Source: Novakomyces olei
Taxonomy: Eukaryota
NCBI GenBank assembly: GCA_016906335.1
Contig: JADEYG010000009.1
Span: 1,178,001-1,242,000 of the forward strand
Direction: 5' to 3'
Length of the DNA: 64,000 nt
Positions 10,808 to 21,702 of the stretch are shown here, in pieces (position 1 is the stretch's first letter; every line of letters begins with the position of its first letter). The notes below the pieces were generated by a model that had not been told where the DNA came from, did no database searches, and worked only from the letters and a program-made list of their open reading frames with translations. The translations under genes were made by a program, and so were the position numbers.

Positions 10808-13800
10808 TCAATATAGCGTAAGAGAAAGTGAAGACGCTAAATTCTTCCTTTTAGTATGATATTCGGCAACAGCCTCTTGTGCATGACTTAAATTGCTGTA
10901 TGGCTCCCAAGTGCAATCGTCTGGTCCATACCCTTTCCAGTGCACTAAATATCGTATTCCGCGACCGCGCCCTTTGTGTTGCACAATATGATCCACTTCA
11001 TATTCATTTGTTTCTTCCAATATATCCGGTACAACAAGATCTGTCGGGTCTCGATTAAAACGGTCTGGCTTGTGTGGTTCCAACATTGTTTCGTTAAATA
11101 CATCATGTACTTTTATATGTGCTGGTAGTTCCACTCGATAAGCACTCCTCCCAATTCGTTCAATAACTTTGAAGGGTCCGATGTGTATGTGATCAAATTT
11201 TTCACTTGGTCTTTCACTTCGTATATGCGTTTTACGAATCCAGACAAGGTCTCCTGGTTCATAAACCGGTCCTGGTCGTACTTTTCTGTCGTAAAACCTC
11301 TTCATTCGCGTGGCGTTGTCATTCAATAATTCATTGATTTTCTCAAAATGATGACTCCAATTCGTGGCAGTCTCATTTGCCGTAGGATTTTCTGTTTCCT
11401 GTCCATTTAAAGATAATCTCGGGTGATATCCATAACAAATAAAATAAGGCGATTGCTGTGTAGCGCTGCTAACTGAGTTATTCATAGCAATCTCTGCAAA
11501 CGGTAGCAAAGTTATCCAGTTCGTCTGGTAATAGTTCACATAGCATCTCAAGTATTGCTCCAATGTTTGATTCATCTTCTCAGTCTGACCATCAGTCTGT
11601 GGATGATGACTGGTCGACTTATTCAACGTAATTCCCAATTGTTTCGCTAAACAGGTCCAAAATTTACTCACGAATTTAGGATCTCTGTCTGAAATGATTT
11701 CGTCAGGAAGCCCATGTAAGCGTACAATCTCTGAAATAAACTTTGTCGCTAACTCTTGAGCTGTGACAGCTTCTTTAATCGGAATAAAATGCACCATTTT
11801 AGAAAATCTGTCCACCACAACCCATATAGAGTCAAATCCTCCCGCTTGTGGTAATTTAACAATAAAATCCATAGATATAGATTTCCATGGTCTGGTCGGA
11901 CTTGGTAGTGGATTTAGTAATCCCGTTCTTTTGTGGCGCGTTGTCTTGTTTCTCATACATGTTGTACAAGCTTGAACATAATCTGTAGCATCCTTTGTAA
12001 GGCCTGGCCATGTAAAATGTCTTTTCAGCAGTGCGATTGTTTTTGCTGTCCCAAAATGACCTGCTAGGGGATGGTCATGAGCCTGTGACAATACTTTAAT
12101 TCGATCCTTCTCATCGACAAATAATTTAGTTGGCATAGCGATTGCTGTTTCTGCCTGCTCTTGAGAATCTCCTGTGGTTTGATCAGTTGTAATAGCATTT
12201 GCAAACAATTCTGGTGCTAGCAATATGCGCTGTTGGTTGTCCATATAATTGCTTTTCTTTAATTCATTTAACTCGGTACGTCGACTTAGAGCATCAGCAC
12301 CTCCATTTGCTGATCCCTTTCGGTACGTGATTACAAAATTATACTCTGATAAGACTTCGGCCCATCTCGCCTGTCTTCTAGAGAGCGGTTTCGTCGTTGT
12401 AAATGTCTGTAAGTTGCGATGGTCTGTGTAGACAATAATTGGTATAGCATGACCTTGCAAATACGTTCTCCAAACTTTGAAAGCCCAAACTATAGCTAAC
12501 AACTCTTTATCATGTATGTCGTAGTTAGTCTCTGCTGGTGTAAGCTTTCGGCTTATAAATGCAACTGGTCGTCTGCCTTTTTCTGGCCCTTGCGTCAACA
12601 CTGCTCCGAGTGCAAAATCAGACGCATCCGTTTCGATAATACATTGTTGATCTGGGTCATAGTGTTGTAGCATCACATCGCTAACGAAACATTTTTTCAA
12701 TTTAGCAAAGCTTTCCTGCTGCTCTGTCTCCCATATAAACTTTTCATTTTTCTTTAGCGTTCGTGTTATCGGCAACGCTATCTTCGCAAAATCTTTTATA
12801 AATCTCCTGTAGTAGTTGCAAAAACCAAGGAAGACTTGAACATCGTGCACAGATCTTGGTGGCTCCCATTGCAAAATAGGTTCCCTTTTATCTGCGCACA
12901 TCGACACTCCATTCGTCGATAAGTTGTAACCAAGAAATTCGACGCTTTCTTTGTGAAATGCGCATTTCTCGTCCTTAGCATAAAGATTATTCTCTCTCAA
13001 TCTTCTTAATACTTCTTTCACATCGTTCACATGCGATTCCCTATCGCGTGAAAATACCAAAATGTCGTCCAGATAGATTAACACTTTGTAATCTAATAAA
13101 TCTCGAAACACATCATTCATCAAGTTTTGGAACGTGGCGGGTGCATTGGTAAGACCAAAAGGCATGACCAAATATTCGAAATGCCCGTACCTTGTTCGAA
13201 AGGCAGTCTTCCATTCATCCCCTTCTTTTATCCTGATAAGATTGTATGCTCCTCTGAGATCGATTTTTGACATAATCTTAACTCCAGTAAGTTTGTCAAT
13301 AAGGTCATCGATACGTGGGATTGGGTACTTGTTCTTGATAGTAATCGAATTCAATCCACGATAATCGACACACAATCGTAATTCTCCATTTTTCTTTGGT
13401 ACAAATAGAACTGGCGCTCCTGCAGGCGACTTGGAACGACGTATAAATCCCTTAGCCAAGTTCTCTTCCAAATAATCCAATAAATACTTCTGTTCCTTTG
13501 GGTTGACACTGTAGACTGGCCCGAAAGGTACAACAGAATCCTTTGTTAGTTCGATCTCGTGATCGTAACTTCTGTGTGGAGGCAATGTTTCCACGTTCTT
13601 TTCTTCAAACACATCTTTAAAGTCAGTATACTCTGGTGGTATTGTATTTGTAACCATCTCTTCATCCGTGGTAATACTGCTCAACTGTATATTCAAAATT
13701 TCGTCTTTCACCGTAGGAGTACTTGCATTGCGAGGCTTTATAGTTCCATTAATCCAATCAATATCTGGATTGTGCTTCTGAAACCATGGTAACCCAAGGA

Positions 13801-14155
13801 TGGCGTCGTTCTTGCCAATATTGGTAACAAGGAATGATTCTTCAGATACAAAACCTTGTACATCGACATGTAGATCCTTCGTCTTTATGGGTACTCCACC
13901 TCGTGCAATATGCTTTCCATTTGCAACTCTGACAAATATAGGTGTTTTCAGACGTTCGGTCTCGGCCTTAAGTGCCAAAACAGTTCTTGGATTAATAAAA
14001 TTAGTGTCTGACCCACTGTCTAGTAGCACTTTAATTCTCTTGCCGTTTACAACACACGACAACTCAAACCTCCCATAAGGTTTATCGTCTGGTGGCTTTT
14101 TCTGTGCCATCACCCCTAGAGACACCACCGTCGGCTCTAGGCTTGGCCTTTTAAA
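10808..14155 (-). CDS. Gypsy D pol (PR, RT, RH, IN, chromodomain)
   Basis: LLDSGS, YLDD, ETDASD, HHCC zinc motif, SMDF...SDRD...E, GPF, EYEVDHI...YLVHWKGY...TWEP. Confidence 0.97.
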   Translation of the reverse strand, partial: FKRPSLEPTVVSLGVMAQKKPPDDKPYGRFELSCVVNGKRIKVLLDSGSDTNFINPRTVLALKAETERLKTPIFVRVANGKHIARGGVPIKTKDLHVDVQGFVSEESFLVTNIGKNDAILGLPWFQKHNPDIDWINGTIKPRNASTPTVKDEILNIQLSSITTDEEMVTNTIPPEYTDFKDVFEEKNVETLPPHRSYDHEIELTKDSVVPFGPVYSVNPKEQKYLLDYLEENLAKGFIRRSKSPAGAPVLFVPKKNGELRLCVDYRGLNSITIKNKYPIPRIDDLIDKLTGVKIMSKIDLRGAYNLIRIKEGDEWKTAFRTRYGHFEYLVMPFGLTNAPATFQNLMNDVFRDLLDYKVLIYLDDILVFSRDRESHVNDVKEVLRRLRENNLYAKDEKCAFHKESVEFLGYNLSTNGVSMCADKREPILQWEPPRSVHDVQVFLGFCNYYRRFIKDFAKIALPITRTLKKNEKFIWETEQQESFAKLKKCFVSDVMLQHYDPDQQCIIETDASDFALGAVLTQGPEKGRRPVAFISRKLTPAETNYDIHDKELLAIVWAFKVWRTYLQGHAIPIIVYTDHRNLQTFTTTKPLSRRQARWAEVLSEYNFVITYRKGSANGGADALSRRTELNELKKSNYMDNQQRILLAPELFANAITTDQTTGDSQEQAETAIAMPTKLFVDEKDRIKVLSQAHDHPLAGHFGTAKTIALLKRHFTWPGLTKDATDYVQACTTCMRNKTTRHKRTGLLNPLPSPTRPWKSISMDFIVKLPQAGGFDSIWVVVDRFSKMVHFIPIKEAVTAQELATKFISEIVRLHGLPDEIISDRDPKFVSKFWTCLAKQLGITLNKSTSHHPQTDGQTEKMNQTLEQYLRCYVNYYQTNWITLLPFAEIAMNNSVSSATQQSPYFICYGYHPRLSLNGQETENPTANETATNWSHHFEKINELLNDNATRMKRFYDRKVRPGPVYEPGDLVWIRKTHIRSERPSEKFDHIHIGPFKVIERIGRSAYRVELPAHIKVHDVFNETMLEPHKPDRFNRDPTDLVVPDILEETNEYEVDHIVQHKGRGRGIRYLVHWKGYGPDDCTWEPYSNLSHAQEAVAEYHTKRKNLASSLSLTLY

Positions 14156-14798
14156 TTCTTCGAATCCTCTGCTCTCACATCTCTCGCAGGATATGGTGCA
14201 GGACAATACTTCGAAACATGTCCTTCTTCATTGCAACGATAACATTTGACCTTAAAGCCAACATGCTTCGGTTTAGCGTTCCTGTTAGCACGGACGCTAT
14301 CTTTCAAACTTGCTCTTGTCTCCAAAAAGTCAACTTCCATAGGTGTATAACCAGCCGAGCCCACTCCACGGTACTCCGGTATTCTCTTCACCGTTCTGGT
14401 TCTAGCCTTGCTTCGTTCAAACAAGCGAGTATCAATCTTAACGCATTCTTCAATGAGCTTCTCAAGCTCTTCTGGCGGATCGCGACGAGCCAATTCGTCT
14501 TTGATATCCTCTTTAAGTCCTTCGTAGAACTGCGCAACGAGCGCATCGTTGTTCCACGTAAGCCACGACTTAACACGCTCAAACTCTGTGGCATAATGCG
14601 ACACGGATCCCTTCTGTCTCAATAAGCGGATCTGTCTTTCAGCCGTTCTGCGGACGTCCCTGTCCCCGAACATTTTCTCCAAGGTTTGGCAAAAATTGTT
14701 AAAATCGTCAAGTATGGCGCCATTGTCGCTACGGACATGTGGCTCAAACCATTTAAAAGCAACTCCCCTAAGGTAGGAGGCTGCAAACATAACACGCT
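14137..14798 (-). CDS. Gypsy D gag, 3' part (CCHC knuckle)
   Basis: QKGSVSHYATEF, FYEGLKEDIK, CYRCNEEGHVSKYC; the N-terminal part is at 21703-21957. Confidence 0.92.
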
Positions 14799-15668
14799 TG
14801 TGAGGTGGCCCTTAGAGGGGAGCACCGCGGTGTAAACTCGCGTGTCGCTACAGGCGAACACGGACTGTCCTTTGCGAGACCGCTCGACAAAGGAAGTTCA
14901 ATCGGGTACCGCGCGAAGCGAGTACCGAGAAACGGGAACGTAGACTTGCGCCCGGCGCAAGAACTAAGGAAAAAGAAAAGGACGTTGTCCTTGAAAAGGC
15001 GACGGCGCTTCTCTAAAGCTTACCTGCTACAAGGCTATGTAGCAACTTTGAGATTATAAGCCCGTGGAGAGAGTTCTCTCCATGGGCGACTATGTAGACT
15101 ATCCTATGAGGCTTAGCGGCTCGCTTAGCCACTTCGCGGCCTAAGCCTCATCCCACCACGATCTCAATGCGATGGTCCCAGACCATCCGCATTGGGAAAG
15201 CGGTGGCGAGCTATGAACTCTATGGATCGATCTATCTAGCTTCGTAGCGATGCGCGATCGCTACTACTACTGTCATGCGCCGCGACGTGCCTACGTCGCG
15301 CGGGCATGGACGTGGACCTGCTTCGCGCGAGCCAGGTCCAACCTGCTCGCGAGCTAGGCCACTTACGCGCTTCGCGCGAGTAATGTCCAACATTACCTCG
15401 CGCGAGCTATTTAGATCTATCTAGCCTGAAGTCATCGCCTTTGGCGCTACAGGACTTCAGGCGTCGTTCGCTGTCGTGGTTCACGCGAGGCGGGGATCAT
15501 GACACTATCCCCCCTTTCTAGGGCGAGGTCTCCGCGCCTATGAAAACCACGTTAGCTACTAGACTGCTATATAAGTGCGCTTTCGGCAATAAAACTATCT
15601 AAGTAATATAAAGTAATTCGCGGATGCAAAACAAGAATTTTCGCTCTGCGTTCCGGATCAACAACAAC

Positions 15669-16124
15669 ATGTCGCTTGTTCATGTCAGAGATGCTATCGT
15701 GCCCTGCGAGTATTGCGTGGCAAACTCTTTGCCGTGCCGCTTCGTTCTCGGCACTGCACCGTTTGTGCGTCGCTGTATGGTCTGCGCGGCACGTCGCACC
15801 CGTTGCGAAGGAGGCCGTTTTCTTCATGACAATGAGGAGAACGAGCGCCTTGTTGCCGCGCGTGAAGAACAGCGTGTGAGAGAGCGCGAGGAGCTGCAGC
15901 GTCGCCGCGAAAGACGTCGCGCGCGACAGCGAGCGCAGGAGGAAAGACGTCAGGCACCATTCGAGGTGCATGTAATTGCCGATGACGGTCCTCCGTCAAC
16001 AAATTCGATCGTCGGTTCGGTTTCGAGTGCGCTGGCCCAGCGCGATGCGACTATCGCTCGCCTCGAGCGCCGCAACCGTGCGTTGGAGCGCGAGATTCTT
16101 TCGCTCCGTGCCGCTCGTCCGTAA
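15669..16124 (+). CDS. Small Zn(II)2Cys6-like + coiled-coil protein, antisense cargo of element E
   Basis: C-x2-C-x6-C-x12-C-x2-C-x6-C, an R/E-rich helix and a leucine-zipper-like C-terminus; TATA at ~15568; AATAAA at ~16251. Confidence 0.75.
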   Translation: MSLVHVRDAIVPCEYCVANSLPCRFVLGTAPFVRRCMVCAARRTRCEGGRFLHDNEENERLVAAREEQRVREREELQRRRERRRARQRAQEERRQAPFEVHVIADDGPPSTNSIVGSVSSALAQRDATIARLERRNRALEREILSLRAARP

Positions 16125-16351
16125 TTGTGTGCGTGACTCAACAGCCATTCCTCCTTGCGTTGTCCCATATTATTTGTTCGACAAGTAATTGAATATGTTT
16201 TTGTATAATTTTCTCGTAATAATTTAAACAATAATAATCGCGGTATAATCAATAAATCAATAAATCACTTTAAGAGTTGAGTCTTAGTTTCGCGTGGGTG
16301 ACGAAAGTTGAAGGTCGTCGCCCGAATAGGGAGCTCGCTTAGCATTCCCAT

Positions 16352-19300
16352 TTAAGAACCAGGTTTGTTCGGGTGTGCACGGTGGAATTCGTTTACCAAA
16401 TCCATGCAGTTGTGTAAATGTTTCGCAGGCTCCCACGTGCGGTCGGAGGCGTCGTAGCCTTTCCAATGCACATAATATTGAAGTTGCTTGCGTCGGATGC
16501 GCGAGTCTAGAACTTGCTCGACTTCCCATTCCGGGTTAGCATCCAATATAACTGGCGGTGGTGGCGCGATCTGTTCTCGCGCGATCTGCGACACTGCGTT
16601 ATGTCGCTCTAGCAATGAAGCGTGGAAGACAGGATGTATACGCATTGCCTTCGGTAGTTCCAAGCGATATGCACGCAAACCAACGCGTGCGATAATCCTA
16701 AACGGTCCCAGCTTCTTGGCATCCAGCTTATCGCATGGCCGCGTAGTGCTAATATTTTTTCGCACTAGCCAGACTTGATCGCCAATAGCAAAACTTTTGT
16801 CGACGCGATGCTCATTTGCAAAGCGCGCCTGGTCGCTGAGGGACTTTTCGATTTCGACTTTCAATAAGCGATGTAGATTCCGTAGGTATTCGATACGTTC
16901 ATCCGCCGATGGGCATTGTCGCGAAGATGAAATCGTAAAGCGACATTTCGGGTTGTAGCCGTAAAAAGCGTAAAACGGTGTTGTCTTTGTAGACGACTGC
17001 TCTGAATTGTTGTACGCGAATTGAGCAAAAGGTAACAAATTGACCCAATTGCTTTGCTGATAGTTGCTGTAGATCCTCAGATATTGCTCTAAGATCTGGT
17101 TAAGCCTCTCTGTTTGGCCGTCGCTCTGTGGGTGGTACGCGGTAGACAACTTCTGCTGTATATCGCATTGCGAAAGCAAGTGTCGTGTAAACTGCGATAC
17201 AAATACCGAACCCCTGTCAGAGACTATTTCGTCTGGTAGGCCATAGTTGGCAAATACGCGATGGGCGTAAATCAAAGCTAGCTCAGTAGCCTTAATAGAT
17301 TCGCGTATTGGTATAAATATTCCGATTTTCGTAAATCGACAGGTGATTACCCATATGGAGTCGTAGGTTTTTTGTGTAATCGCATCGCGCGACTCCGGTA
17401 ATTTCACAATGAAGTCCATTGAGATACTTTCCCAGGGTCTCGCTGGTACTCTCAGTGGGTGTAGTAGTCCATACGGTGCATGTCGCGAAGGCTTGTTTCG
17501 CGCACAAGTATCGCACGACTCGACGTAGCTAAATATCTCTTTTCGCATGCGTGGCCAATAGTAGTTTCGCATGACTAAGTCCAACGTTTTGGCCTGGCCA
17601 GGGTGACCCGCGACATGCGAATCATGGCATGTCTGTAGTATAGCTAATCGCAAACGATTGTCGTTTGGGATGTATAGCAAACCCGAAAACGTTAGAAGAC
17701 CCTTTTCGTTTATACTGTAGTTTCGCAGATGTTCCGACACTGGCTGCTTGCCGAGGTCCTCCATGACAACCTTGCAAGTCTTGTCTTTACCGTAACATTG
17801 TTTAATCTGATCATCAATGCCTGTATCTTCTGCGGTCGCGAACAGGAAGTGCGATCTGTCCAATAGTGCCATAGTTCGCTCTGGTTTCTCCTGTTCCTTA
17901 TCGCCGACATAATCGCTTCGCCTAGACAAGGCATCCGCTTTGTGATTTAGCTTTCCAGCACGGTATTCAATAACGAAATCATAGGAAGCGATCAATTGCG
18001 ACCATCGCATCTGTCTACGGCTAAGTACTCTTGCTGTAAGAAAGTACATGAGATTGCGGTGATCCGTATAAATTGTAGTGCGATGTAACGGACTCTCCAG
18101 GTAAACTCGCCATTCGCGAAGACATGCGACAATAGCTAACAGCTCTTTGTCGTAGATATCATAGTTTACTTCCGCGCTAGTCATTTTTCGCGAGTAGAAC
18201 GCGATGGGTCTCATTTCGTCGCTGTTGTCTTTCTGCGAGAGAATCCCACCGATCGCGAAGTCCGATGCGTCGGTTTCCAAATAACTTGGCTTCTGCGGGT
18301 CGAAATGCGCAAGGATCGGCGCACCCAGAAAAGCGTTCTTCAGAGTTTGGAAAGAGTCAATGCACTCCTTGGAGAAATTAAACTGCGCATCCTTCTTCAG
18401 TAAGCGGGTGAGAGGGATGGTAATTTTGCTGTAGTTTGCAATAAATCTGCGATAGTAATTTGATAGGCCTAAGAACGACATAACGTCTTTCGCGTTCTTG
18501 GGTTCAGGCCATGTCTCAATAGAATCAACTTTCGCTTTCTCCATAGACACTCCTTTCGTAGAGACAACAAAGCCTAGGAACTCTGTCGTGTCTGTGTGGA
18601 ACTCGCATTTCTCTAGTTTCACAAATAAGTTTGCTTTGCGAAGTCGTTTCAGTACTTCGCGAACATGCGTCACATGCTCCTCCTCGGTGTCCGAATAGAT
18701 CAAGATGTCGTCCAAGTATACAACAGCAAAGCGATCCAGACAATCGCGTAATGTGTCGTTCGCAAGAGCTTGGAAAGATGCCGGGGCGTTCGTGAGCCCG
18801 AAAGGCATAACCTGATATTCGTAATGTCCATAACGCGTACGGAAGGCGGTTTTCCACTCGTCGCCTTCGCGTATACGGACAAGATTATACGCGCCACGGA
18901 GATCTAATCGCGTAAATATCGTCGACTGACGAATGCGATCCAATAGCTCCGATATGAGCGGCAGCGCATAGCGATTTTTGACAGTTACCGCGTTTAGCCC
19001 GCGATAATCTACGCACAGTCTCAGCGAACCGTCCTTCTTTTTCACAAAAAGAATTGGAGCCCCCGCGGGCGATGAAGACGGCCTAATGAATCCCTTCGCT
19101 AGATTGTCTTTAATGTAGTCGCGTAGTGTTTGTAGCTCGCGTTCGGCCAGAGGATATATAGGCCCGAACGGCGGCTTCGCGCCTTCTGTCAACGGTATTG
19201 CGTGATCCCACGCCTGATGCTGTGGTAGAATGTCTGCATTTCTTTTCTCAAAAAGATCGCGAAAGTCTGCATACTCGGGAGGTATAGCGACGTTTTTGTC

Positions 19301-19903
19301 CTCGCTTTTAGCGTCGGTCGCGTATACGCACAGCAATCCCGAGTCGTTGCCTCGCGATAGCTTAGCAAATTCCGTCGCACTGATTTGCGATGGTTCGTCT
19401 TGTGCCTCGGGCTTCTTGAGGCAGTTTGCTAAGCAATAGGAAGACTCGAATTCGACTTTTGCACGTCTCCATGCAATCCTTGGCTCATGTTTGTCGAGCC
19501 ATGGCTTTCCTAAAATAACGTCGTGTCCAGAGAGCGGTATCACGTTAAACATCATAGTCTCGCGATGTTCGCCTATGGTGACCTCCATGTTTTCAGTCTG
19601 GAAGCGAACACCTCCGGTGCGAATCGCTCTTCCATCCACAACTCGTAGTGGCTCAATCTTCGCCTTCTTCGTTATATCGATTATGCTTCTCGTAGCAAGG
19701 CTCTGGCTGATAAAATTCGACGTCGCGCCTGAGTCGATCAGCGCCTTCGCGTCCAGCTGGCCCTTGCTAGTTCTCAAATTTGCAGTAACTGTGAGATGTA
19801 TTCCTCTGTCAGGTTCGGGTACCACTGACATCACCTCCGAAAGCCTCGTGTCATTAACGCCCAGATCAGGCCTTTCTTTTAGACCTGGGCTCTCGCTTTT
19901 CCC
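16352..19903 (-). CDS. Gypsy E pol (PR, RT, RH, IN, chromodomain), -1 frame relative to gag
   Basis: LIDSGA, YLDD, ETDASD, SMDF, WEVEQV...YYVHWKGY...TWEP; uninterrupted. Confidence 0.97.
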   Translation of the reverse strand, partial: GKSESPGLKERPDLGVNDTRLSEVMSVVPEPDRGIHLTVTANLRTSKGQLDAKALIDSGATSNFISQSLATRSIIDITKKAKIEPLRVVDGRAIRTGGVRFQTENMEVTIGEHRETMMFNVIPLSGHDVILGKPWLDKHEPRIAWRRAKVEFESSYCLANCLKKPEAQDEPSQISATEFAKLSRGNDSGLLCVYATDAKSEDKNVAIPPEYADFRDLFEKRNADILPQHQAWDHAIPLTEGAKPPFGPIYPLAERELQTLRDYIKDNLAKGFIRPSSSPAGAPILFVKKKDGSLRLCVDYRGLNAVTVKNRYALPLISELLDRIRQSTIFTRLDLRGAYNLVRIREGDEWKTAFRTRYGHYEYQVMPFGLTNAPASFQALANDTLRDCLDRFAVVYLDDILIYSDTEEEHVTHVREVLKRLRKANLFVKLEKCEFHTDTTEFLGFVVSTKGVSMEKAKVDSIETWPEPKNAKDVMSFLGLSNYYRRFIANYSKITIPLTRLLKKDAQFNFSKECIDSFQTLKNAFLGAPILAHFDPQKPSYLETDASDFAIGGILSQKDNSDEMRPIAFYSRKMTSAEVNYDIYDKELLAIVACLREWRVYLESPLHRTTIYTDHRNLMYFLTARVLSRRQMRWSQLIASYDFVIEYRAGKLNHKADALSRRSDYVGDKEQEKPERTMALLDRSHFLFATAEDTGIDDQIKQCYGKDKTCKVVMEDLGKQPVSEHLRNYSINEKGLLTFSGLLYIPNDNRLRLAILQTCHDSHVAGHPGQAKTLDLVMRNYYWPRMRKEIFSYVESCDTCARNKPSRHAPYGLLHPLRVPARPWESISMDFIVKLPESRDAITQKTYDSIWVITCRFTKIGIFIPIRESIKATELALIYAHRVFANYGLPDEIVSDRGSVFVSQFTRHLLSQCDIQQKLSTAYHPQSDGQTERLNQILEQYLRIYSNYQQSNWVNLLPFAQFAYNNSEQSSTKTTPFYAFYGYNPKCRFTISSSRQCPSADERIEYLRNLHRLLKVEIEKSLSDQARFANEHRVDKSFAIGDQVWLVRKNISTTRPCDKLDAKKLGPFRIIARVGLRAYRLELPKAMRIHPVFHASLLERHNAVSQIAREQIAPPPPVILDANPEWEVEQVLDSRIRRKQLQYYVHWKGYDASDRTWEPAKHLHNCMDLVNEFHRAHPNKPGS

Positions 19904-20826
19904 GGTTCCGTGATACTGTCCATAACCACCGAGATGCGTTGCTCATAATTGCGTTGCTTCTGTTTGCAATCACGTGCGCGATGACCTTCGCGTCCGCACG
20001 TAAAACATCTGTTCTCTTTCTTTCGACGCTGGCGTTCGTCGCTGGTAATGCTCTTCTTTTCGTAACTGGTAGCATCTACCTCCATGGGAGTGTATCCTTT
20101 GTTCGCGATCGTCGCGCCCCTATAGCCTGAAGCGCCCTTGGCGTTCGTACGGCTAGCGCTTTCGTAGTAACGATCCGACAACCTTTCGTCCACGCGTACA
20201 GACTTCTCAATTAAGTCTGACAATGTACGCGATTTTTCCAACCGAGATAATTCGTCCTTAATTCGATCTTTCAATCCTTGATAATATTCGTAGCGTAAAC
20301 TGTGATCGCTAAAATCCAAGTGCGAAGTGATCTGCTGAAAACGCGAAGTATACTCAGCAACAGATCCTCGCTGTTTGAGCAATGCTAGCTCCCGCTCAGC
20401 CTGACTAATGCGGTCGACGCTCCCAAATGTCGTGGAGAGCTCGTCGCAAAACAGGGCAAAGTCACTGGTAATTAGGCTTTCATCGTGGTCGCGCAAGTGG
20501 GGTTCAAACCACGCAAAAGCGGCACCGCGCAGATAAGATACCGCAAACAGGACCTTCGCTTCGTCGTTGCGAAACTCATGTGGCTTGAGTCTCACGTATA
20601 AGCGAACCTGTGCAAGGAAAGTATCCACCGATCTGCGATCGCCTCTGAATGTATCCGGCTTCGAAATGCTTGGCCCTTCGCTGACTCCTGATCGTCGAGA
20701 TCCCCGGGATCCCATTTCCTGGCGAAGGCCTTCAATAACCGATTTGTCCTTAACGCGCTCCTCTTGGAGCGACGCGATCTGCGCCTGCAGCGTCTGCAGA
20801 AACGCGTTCAAGTCCTCTTGACTCAT
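19879..20826 (-). CDS. Gypsy E gag
   Basis: Retrotransposon gag motifs QRGSVAEY and YQGLK; CFTCGREGHRARDC. Confidence 0.95.
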   Translation of the reverse strand: MSQEDLNAFLQTLQAQIASLQEERVKDKSVIEGLRQEMGSRGSRRSGVSEGPSISKPDTFRGDRRSVDTFLAQVRLYVRLKPHEFRNDEAKVLFAVSYLRGAAFAWFEPHLRDHDESLITSDFALFCDELSTTFGSVDRISQAERELALLKQRGSVAEYTSRFQQITSHLDFSDHSLRYEYYQGLKDRIKDELSRLEKSRTLSDLIEKSVRVDERLSDRYYESASRTNAKGASGYRGATIANKGYTPMEVDATSYEKKSITSDERQRRKKENRCFTCGREGHRARDCKQKQRNYEQRISVVMDSITEPGKARAQV

Positions 20827-21702
20827 CGTAATTCAATAATTCGTTTGTGCTGCTAAACCGTAGCAAAGCACCCTTCGTCGCAACAACTTAGTGCGAAATA
20901 AAACTTGTAAATCGAAATCTGTGTACGCCTCCGTGCGTGACACCTTTCAACGCCGTGTAAATCTGTAGCTTAGACGAGCTGACGGGCTTATAATAGTGTA
21001 AGGTGGCCCTTAGAGGGGAGCACCGCGGTGTAAACTCGCGTGTCGCTACAGGCGAACACGGACTGTCCTTTGCGAGACCGCTCGACAAAGGAAGTTCAAT
21101 CGGGTACCGCGCGAAGCGAGTACCGAGAAACGGGAACGTAGACTTGCGCCCGGCGCAAGAACTAAGGAAAAAGAAAAGGACGTTGTCCTTGAAAAGGCGA
21201 CGGCGCTTCTCTAAAGCTTACCTGCTACAAGGCTATGTAGCAACTTTGAGATTATAAGCCCGTGGAGAGAGTTCTCTCCATGGGCGACTATGTAGACTAT
21301 CCTATGAGGCTTAGCGGCTCGCTTAGCCACTTCGCGGCCTAAGCCTCATCCCACCACGATCTCAATGCGATGGTCCCAGACCATCCGCATTGGGAAAGCG
21401 GTGGCGAGCTATGAACTCTATGGATCGATCTATCTAGCTTCGTAGCGATGCGCGATCGCTACTACTACTGTCATGCGCCGCGACGTGCCTACGTCGCGCG
21501 GGCATGGACGTGGACCTGCTTCGCGCGAGCCAGGTCCAACCTGCTCGCGAGCTAGGCCACTTACGCGCTTCGCGCGAGTAATGTCCAACATTACCTCGCG
21601 CGAGCTATTTAGATCTATCTAGCCTGAAGTCATCGCCTTTGGCGCTACAGGACTTCAGGCGTCGTTCGCTGTCGTGGTTCACGCGAGGCGGGGATCATGA
21701 CA

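Larger units (their letters stand above)
14799..21702 (-). mobile_element. Intact Ty3/Gypsy chromovirus E (706-bp LTRs) with an antisense Zn-cluster gene
   Basis: LTRs at 14799-15504 and 20997-21702 (one visible mismatch); TSD ACGCT; PPT 15505-15517. Confidence 0.97.
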
